DNA of 64,000 nucleotides from NCBI GenBank assembly GCA_046351675.1, contig JAXLYB010000002.1, positions 64,001 to 128,000 of the forward strand, read 5' to 3'. Shown in pieces: positions 59,296 to 64,000 of this stretch; positions within the stretch are counted from its first letter, which is position 1, and each line of letters opens with the position of its first letter. The translations under genes were made by a program, and so were the position numbers. The notes beneath the pieces are model-generated. The model saw nothing but the letters and a program-made list of their open reading frames with translations. It made no database searches and had not been told where the DNA came from. This stretch comes from Myxococcaceae bacterium. GTDB lineage: Bacteria > Myxococcota > Myxococcia > Myxococcales > Myxococcaceae.

Positions 59296-60449
59296 TCATC
59301 ACCGGCGCGCACCAGATCCTCGCCATCGACCTGCTCAAGGCGAGCCACCCCGACATGGCGGCGGTCGACGCCTTCATGAAGGACAAGACCTTCCCCCTCG
59401 TGGAAGGCACGAAGGTCACCTTCATCTTCCGCGGCGCGGCCGACGGCGTGTACCTGAAGACCTGGGTGTACGGCCTCGACAACTCGCACCCGCTGCACCG
59501 CGTGGGCGAGACCGACCTCTGGTACCTGACGCTCGACATCCCGCGGAAGTCGCGCGTCGAATACAAGCTGGAGATCGTCCGCAACGGCCACGGCCAGTGG
59601 ATCCAGGACCCGCTCAACAAGTACCTCGCGACTGATCCGTTCGGCGCCAACTCGGTGGTGCACGGCGAAGGCTACGTCGTGCCGGAATGGACGCAGCACG
59701 ACCCCGAGGCGCGCCCGGGCACGCTGCAGCCGTGGGTGGTGAAGAGCCGCGCCTTCAACGACACGCGCGAGTTCCTCGTCTACCTGCCCGCGCGCTTCCG
59801 CAAGACGCGGCGCTACCCGCTCATCTTCGTGCACGACGGGCCCGACTACATGCGCTTCGCCAACCTGCGCACGGTGCTCGACAACCTGATCCACCGCCTC
59901 GAGATCCCCGACCTCATCGTCGCGCTCTCGGGCTCACCCAACCGCATCGGCGAGTACGCCAACGACGAGCGCCACGCGCGCTTCGTCACCGAAGAGGCGA
60001 TTCCCGACCTCGAGGCGCGGTTGCCGCTCATCGGCCAGCCGCGCGGCCGCTGCTTGATGGGCGCGTCGTTCGGTGGCGTGGCGTCGCTCTCGACCGCGGT
60101 GCGCTACCCGGGCTTCTACGGGCGGCTGTTGCTCCAGTCGGGCAGCTTCGCGTTCAACGACATCGGGCATCAGAACAAGCGCGGCCCCGCGTTCGAGCCG
60201 GTCATCAAGTTCATGAACAAGTTCCGCGAGAACCCCACGCTCGTCGCGGAGAAGTCGTTCATCAGCTGCGGCATGCACGAGTCGCTCATCTACGAGAACC
60301 GCTCGCTGGTCCCGATGCTCCAGGCCACCGGGATGGAGCTGCGGTACGTCGAAGCGCGCGACGGTCACAACTGGGAGAACTGGCGCGATCGCCTCCGTGA
60401 GGGCCTCGCGTGGCTGTTCCCCGGGCCGCTGCGCCTCGTCTACGAGTGA
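59292..60449 (+). CDS. enterochelin-esterase-like esterase (N-terminal Ig/CBM-like domain + 'putative esterase' alpha/beta-hydrolase domain)
   Basis: The ATG overlaps the upstream stop (ATGA). The N-terminal beta-sandwich is TFPLVEGTKVTFIFRG. The hydrolase motifs are YPLIFVHDGPDY, MGASFGGVASL and a C-terminal His region. Confidence 0.6.
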   Translation: MIITGAHQILAIDLLKASHPDMAAVDAFMKDKTFPLVEGTKVTFIFRGAADGVYLKTWVYGLDNSHPLHRVGETDLWYLTLDIPRKSRVEYKLEIVRNGHGQWIQDPLNKYLATDPFGANSVVHGEGYVVPEWTQHDPEARPGTLQPWVVKSRAFNDTREFLVYLPARFRKTRRYPLIFVHDGPDYMRFANLRTVLDNLIHRLEIPDLIVALSGSPNRIGEYANDERHARFVTEEAIPDLEARLPLIGQPRGRCLMGASFGGVASLSTAVRYPGFYGRLLLQSGSFAFNDIGHQNKRGPAFEPVIKFMNKFRENPTLVAEKSFISCGMHESLIYENRSLVPMLQATGMELRYVEARDGHNWENWRDRLREGLAWLFPGPLRLVYE

Positions 60450-60458
60450 GCCGTCACT

Positions 60459-61256
60459 TCACTTGAGGCGGCACGACGCGTTCTGCCGCGCCGCCTCGGT
60501 CTCGCTCAGCCCCGCCGCGCTCGCACCACGCGCGTGCTTCAGGAAGTACTTGGTGTCCTTCTCCGAGTAGCGCAGCGCCTCGCTGGTGCGCACCACGGGG
60601 ATTCCGCGCACCGCCTTCGAGACGCGCTCTTCGTCGTCGGTGCGCACGTACACCTTCAGCGCGCACGAGCGGGCGTTCGCCGTTTCCAACAACTTCGCGC
60701 GCGACATGACGTGCGGATCGAACTGCAGCTCCACCACTTCGTCACCGCCGAGGAAGCCGACGCGCGATGACTTCACGGCGTCCAGGTCTCCGAGCGCGGC
60801 CTCGCATTCCCAGAAGCAGCCGGCCGCGAGCGTGGCGCGCTCGAGCTTCGGCGCGGCGACCTGGTCGAGCACCGCGAGGAACGCGGCCTTCGTGTACGGG
60901 CCCTCGAAGCGCGGCGCGAGCGGCTGGCGGTCGGCGTCGATGACGCGCACCACCGGGTTGTTCCACGTCGGCTCGCCGAAGCTCGCGAGCACCTTCGCGT
61001 CGGCGCCGCCCACGTTGTTGAACACGGCCACCGGCACGAAGTCGCGCTGCACGCGCTCGACGACGGCGGGGTCGCTCAACGCCCCTTCACCGAAGCCCAG
61101 CACCGTGCTGCAGCCGGGCACCTCGTCGAAGAGCACCAGCAGCGGCTTGCCGGTCTCGCGTGCGCGGGCGGTGGCTTGCTCGAAGTCGCGCAGCCACGTG
61201 ACCTTGCCGAGCTCGGGTGGGTTCGCCGCCAGCACCGCGAGGAGGAGCGTCGCCAT
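60459..61256 (-). CDS. thioredoxin-fold domain fused to a peptide-methionine-sulfoxide-reductase (MsrA)-like domain
   Basis: AAGCFWECEA resembles the MsrA GCFWG/C active-site motif. The N-terminal ~120 aa are Trx-like. Confidence 0.45.
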   Translation of the reverse strand: MATLLLAVLAANPPELGKVTWLRDFEQATARARETGKPLLVLFDEVPGCSTVLGFGEGALSDPAVVERVQRDFVPVAVFNNVGGADAKVLASFGEPTWNNPVVRVIDADRQPLAPRFEGPYTKAAFLAVLDQVAAPKLERATLAAGCFWECEAALGDLDAVKSSRVGFLGGDEVVELQFDPHVMSRAKLLETANARSCALKVYVRTDDEERVSKAVRGIPVVRTSEALRYSEKDTKYFLKHARGASAAGLSETEAARQNASCRLK

Positions 61257-61286
61257 GGGTGCAGTACGCGTGCGGCGACCCGGCGG

Positions 61287-62600
61287 TTACTTCTTCATCG
61301 CGGCGTCGAGCACCTCGAGACCGGTGGCGCCCATGTCGTGCTTCGCCGTCTCGCGCACGTGCTTCTGCACGTCGGCCGGCGCATTCTCGAGCAGCTGCCC
61401 GAACTTCGTGACCGCGAGCTGGAGCGCATCTCCCGGGTGCGTGCGCTCGACAGCACCGAGCAGCATGTCGAACTGCTCAGCCGTCATCGCCTTGAGCGTG
61501 GCTGGCTCACTGGCGAGTTTCTCGACGAGGAGGTCGACGCGGTTGCGGTTGGTCTTCTTCTCGTTGCCCGCGGCGTAGTCGAGCCCCGATTCGCCGGCGT
61601 ACATCGACGCCACGCGCGCGCGGAACGCGTCGGGCTGGTCGAGCAGCTTGCCGTAGGCCTCGAGGCCCGCGCCGTCACCGTCGGGCAGCTTCGGGTCCTT
61701 CGGGTCGCCCTTGAGCTGCGCGAAGACCTCGGCGCCCGCGCGGTTGCCGAGCACTTCCTCGGTGAGCAGGTCGTTGGTGCCGCCGCCCTTGAAGTCGGCG
61801 GAGTGCGTGCCCTCGTGCGCGAGCACCGCGGCGAGGCCTTCGGGGCTGCCGGCGAGCTTCGGGTCGAGCGTGATGTCTCCCGTCGCGGGGTCGGTGTGCG
61901 CGCGCCCGCGGCCCGCTTCCCACGACACCTGGCCAGCGCTGAGCTTCTCGCGCAGCTGCGTGACGACGGCGGCGTTGGCCGCGCCCCACTTCGTGCGCGC
62001 CGCGAGCTCGGCGCCGATGGCGGCATCACCGGGACCCGGTGATGCGGGGCCGCGCGTGCGGAGCGCCTTCTGCGCGGCGGCGAGCTCGGCGTTCGACATC
62101 GAGCGGGTGATGGCCACCGCGAGACCACCGAGAATCTTCGAGGGGTCCTTGTTGAACTCCGCGACCAGCGCCGCGCGGGTCGCCTTCGGCAGCGCGTTGA
62201 AGACCGCGAGCTGCTGGTCGGGCGGGAGCGAGATGGTCGCCGTCGAGATGGCCGTGGCCGACTTGTCCTTCGAGGCGTTGATGGCCTTGAGCGCCTGCTT
62301 GCCCGCGGCGTCGAGCGTGGGCGCGCTGCTCTTCGTGGCGCCCTGCGCGCGCTGGAGGTCCTTCACCTGCAACGTGCCCGCGGGGGCTCCGCCGTTTCGC
62401 GCGACCGGCGGCAGGCGGGTGTTCGTCTTGCCGAGGCTCATCAACTTCTTCTTCGCGTCAGCGAACGTGGAGTCGATGCCAGGCAGCGAGCCCTGCGACG
62501 TCGAGGTCGGCCCCTGCGACGCGGGCTTCGTCACCTCGGGCTGCGCGGGCACGTCGACGGTGAGTCGGGGCTTCGAGCCATCGAGGGGGCGAATGGTCAT
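61287..62600 (-). CDS. hypothetical protein with HExxH-type motif (LAHEGTHSAD); possible zinc-metallopeptidase-like effector
   Basis: 437 aa. The N-terminal ~60 aa are polar and low-complexity with no signal peptide. There is a single HEGTH. It sits 25 nt downstream of 62625..63638 on the same strand. Confidence 0.45.
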   Translation of the reverse strand: MTIRPLDGSKPRLTVDVPAQPEVTKPASQGPTSTSQGSLPGIDSTFADAKKKLMSLGKTNTRLPPVARNGGAPAGTLQVKDLQRAQGATKSSAPTLDAAGKQALKAINASKDKSATAISTATISLPPDQQLAVFNALPKATRAALVAEFNKDPSKILGGLAVAITRSMSNAELAAAQKALRTRGPASPGPGDAAIGAELAARTKWGAANAAVVTQLREKLSAGQVSWEAGRGRAHTDPATGDITLDPKLAGSPEGLAAVLAHEGTHSADFKGGGTNDLLTEEVLGNRAGAEVFAQLKGDPKDPKLPDGDGAGLEAYGKLLDQPDAFRARVASMYAGESGLDYAAGNEKKTNRNRVDLLVEKLASEPATLKAMTAEQFDMLLGAVERTHPGDALQLAVTKFGQLLENAPADVQKHVRETAKHDMGATGLEVLDAAMKK

Positions 62601-62624
62601 GCGCGCGAGTCTGCCTGATCACCC

Positions 62625-63638
62625 TCACTTCTTCACTTCGCTCAAGAGCCACGCGAGCAACCCCGCACGCGCCTTGCCGCGCAGCGAGCTCTTGATCCAC
62701 CGCGGCTCGGGGTTCCACCGGCAGCGCGCGCCCTTCGCCACGCTGGCCAGCCAGGCCGGCAGCGCATTGAGCGACGCGAGCTTCGGAAAGCGCGCCGAGT
62801 TCTCCGGCGTCTTGCCGTCTTCCCAGCGAAAGCGGTCGGCGTTGAGGGTGCGCGTGGCGCGCGTGCCGAAGATGCTCGCCTGCGGGCTGGAGCGCGCGTC
62901 GAACCAGAACGACATCGTCAGCTGCCCATCGCCGTGCCGCTGCTCGACCGTCTCGAAGCCGACGTGGAACACGAAGTTCTTCCGCTCGCCGCCAAACCGC
63001 TCTGCGAGGTCGCCCACCTTCGACACCTTCGCGTACGCGTCGACGGCCTCGGTCGCCGACGCCAGCATCGCCTTCATCAACGGCGAGGTGCCCTTCTGGA
63101 GCGCCGCTTCGAGAAAGGTGAGGTCCTCGCCCTTCTTCTTCTGCGCGCGGTCCCACAGCGGGAGAAGCACGTCGGCCGACTCCGCGCTGCCATCGGCGAC
63201 GAGGAGGTCGAGGTAGAGCCATGCCTCGAGGCCCTTCGCCGCGACGGTCGCCTGCGCCGCCGCGATGACGTCGCCCTGCTTCAGCAGTGAGTTGACGAGC
63301 GCGGTGCGCTTCGACGACGGCTCGAAGCCCAGGCCCACCAGCGCCTTCACCAGCTCGCGAAACCGCGGCCCGCTCGGCGTGCCCGGCAAGCTCGAGAAGA
63401 ACACCGCCTCGCACGTCTTCTTCTTCTTCAGCACCTCGAGCGCGAGGGGCACGTACTCGTCGCTCAAGGTGCTGCCGAAGGTGTGCAGGTTCTCGGCTTC
63501 GGACAGCAGCGTGCCGAACGCGCGTCGCACGAAGGCGGGGTCGAGGTTCTTCGGCAGCGTCCTCGCCGCGCGGGCGCCGTACCAGGTGCCGCGCTTCAGC
63601 TCCTTCTCGAACTTCTTCTGCGCTTCCGCGTGGGCCAT
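62625..63638 (-). CDS. hypothetical protein (partner of the HExxH protein)
   Basis: Start at MAHAEAQKKFEKEL (cat 63636..63638). The ORF is open to 63737. 337 aa, helical and Lys/Leu-rich. Confidence 0.45.
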   Translation of the reverse strand: MAHAEAQKKFEKELKRGTWYGARAARTLPKNLDPAFVRRAFGTLLSEAENLHTFGSTLSDEYVPLALEVLKKKKTCEAVFFSSLPGTPSGPRFRELVKALVGLGFEPSSKRTALVNSLLKQGDVIAAAQATVAAKGLEAWLYLDLLVADGSAESADVLLPLWDRAQKKKGEDLTFLEAALQKGTSPLMKAMLASATEAVDAYAKVSKVGDLAERFGGERKNFVFHVGFETVEQRHGDGQLTMSFWFDARSSPQASIFGTRATRTLNADRFRWEDGKTPENSARFPKLASLNALPAWLASVAKGARCRWNPEPRWIKSSLRGKARAGLLAWLLSEVKK

Positions 63639-63712
63639 CGATGCAGAATACCGGCTCGCTCGCGAGCTGCTGTCGGCTTTCACATCGGAACGGTCTGGAG
63701 GGTTCTCGGCGC

Positions 63713-64000
63713 ATGCGTCTTCTCGCTGTGGCAGCACTGGCGGTGGTGGTGAGCGGTTGCCTCAAGGGCGAGGCGCCGCTGAGCGCGAAGACGGTCGAAG
63801 CGTCTTCGGTTGGCTACACCATCGAGGTGAAGACGCTGCCGGGCCTCGAGGTGGAAGTCTCGAGCCAGCGCGGCGTGGCCGACGACACCGGGCTCGCGCG
63901 GGTGAAGCTGAGCGTCGCGTCGCTGAGCTACGCGAAGAACATGTCGTCGACCCCCGTCAGGGTGCACGGCACGAAGGGCCTCACGAAGTACTTCGGGTCA
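63713..64000 (+). CDS. lipoprotein, hypothetical; 3' end truncated by the window edge
   Basis: ATG 63713 with RBS GGAGGG ~10 nt upstream. MRLLAVAALAVVVSGCLKG carries a lipobox. The frame is open to nt 64000. Confidence 0.5.
   Translation, partial: MRLLAVAALAVVVSGCLKGEAPLSAKTVEASSVGYTIEVKTLPGLEVEVSSQRGVADDTGLARVKLSVASLSYAKNMSSTPVRVHGTKGLTKYFGS

Noticed and set aside
1-64000. Searches for rRNA, tRNA, CRISPR arrays, IS elements or prophage genes
   Set aside because: There are no tRNA-like cloverleaf candidates, no rRNA-conserved blocks, no arrays of 25-40 nt direct repeats with unique spacers, and no transposase, integrase or phage structural genes. The abundant repeats are palindromic single units or inverted pairs, not CRISPR-like direct-repeat arrays.

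Overview
This is a 64 kb, very high-GC (~70%) chromosomal segment. Its content points to Myxococcota (Cystobacterineae-like), and this is supported by four features: two TIGR02265/DUF2378 paralogs, a Myxococcus-type cysteine-rich-repeat lipoprotein, an Oar-like TonB-dependent receptor with tonB-exbB-exbD-exbD, and an MglA-family GTPase. I call about 59 protein-coding genes, dense and on both strands. I found no rRNA, tRNA, CRISPR array, IS element or integrase. Many long ORFs in the six-frame track are antisense or GC-driven artefacts; real genes were picked by signal peptides, conserved motifs, GC3-rich codon use and operon packing. The most striking sequence-level signal is a ~40-45 nt perfectly palindromic repeat family with at least 17 copies. 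Its consensus is roughly CTCCTCACCCCGA-CCCTCTCCTC-loop-GAGGAGAGGG-TCGGGGTGAGGAG, and a second subfamily carries compensatory stem changes (CCCTCTCCCC/GGGGAGAGGG). Copies sit directly after stop codons, fill two divergent promoter regions, often occur as inverted pairs around a short spacer, and twice lie in frame inside the N-terminus of the TonB-dependent receptor gene. Other candidates for second looks are a single protein with two complete radical-SAM/SPASM-like modules, an ECF sigma factor paired with a Ser/Thr kinase carrying a ZAS-type anti-sigma motif and three SAF repeats, an MglA-like GTPase upstream of an orphan histidine kinase, and a peptidase-C39-like gene split by a frameshift in a C5 run. 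All gene and product calls are from motif recognition by eye; no database search was run.
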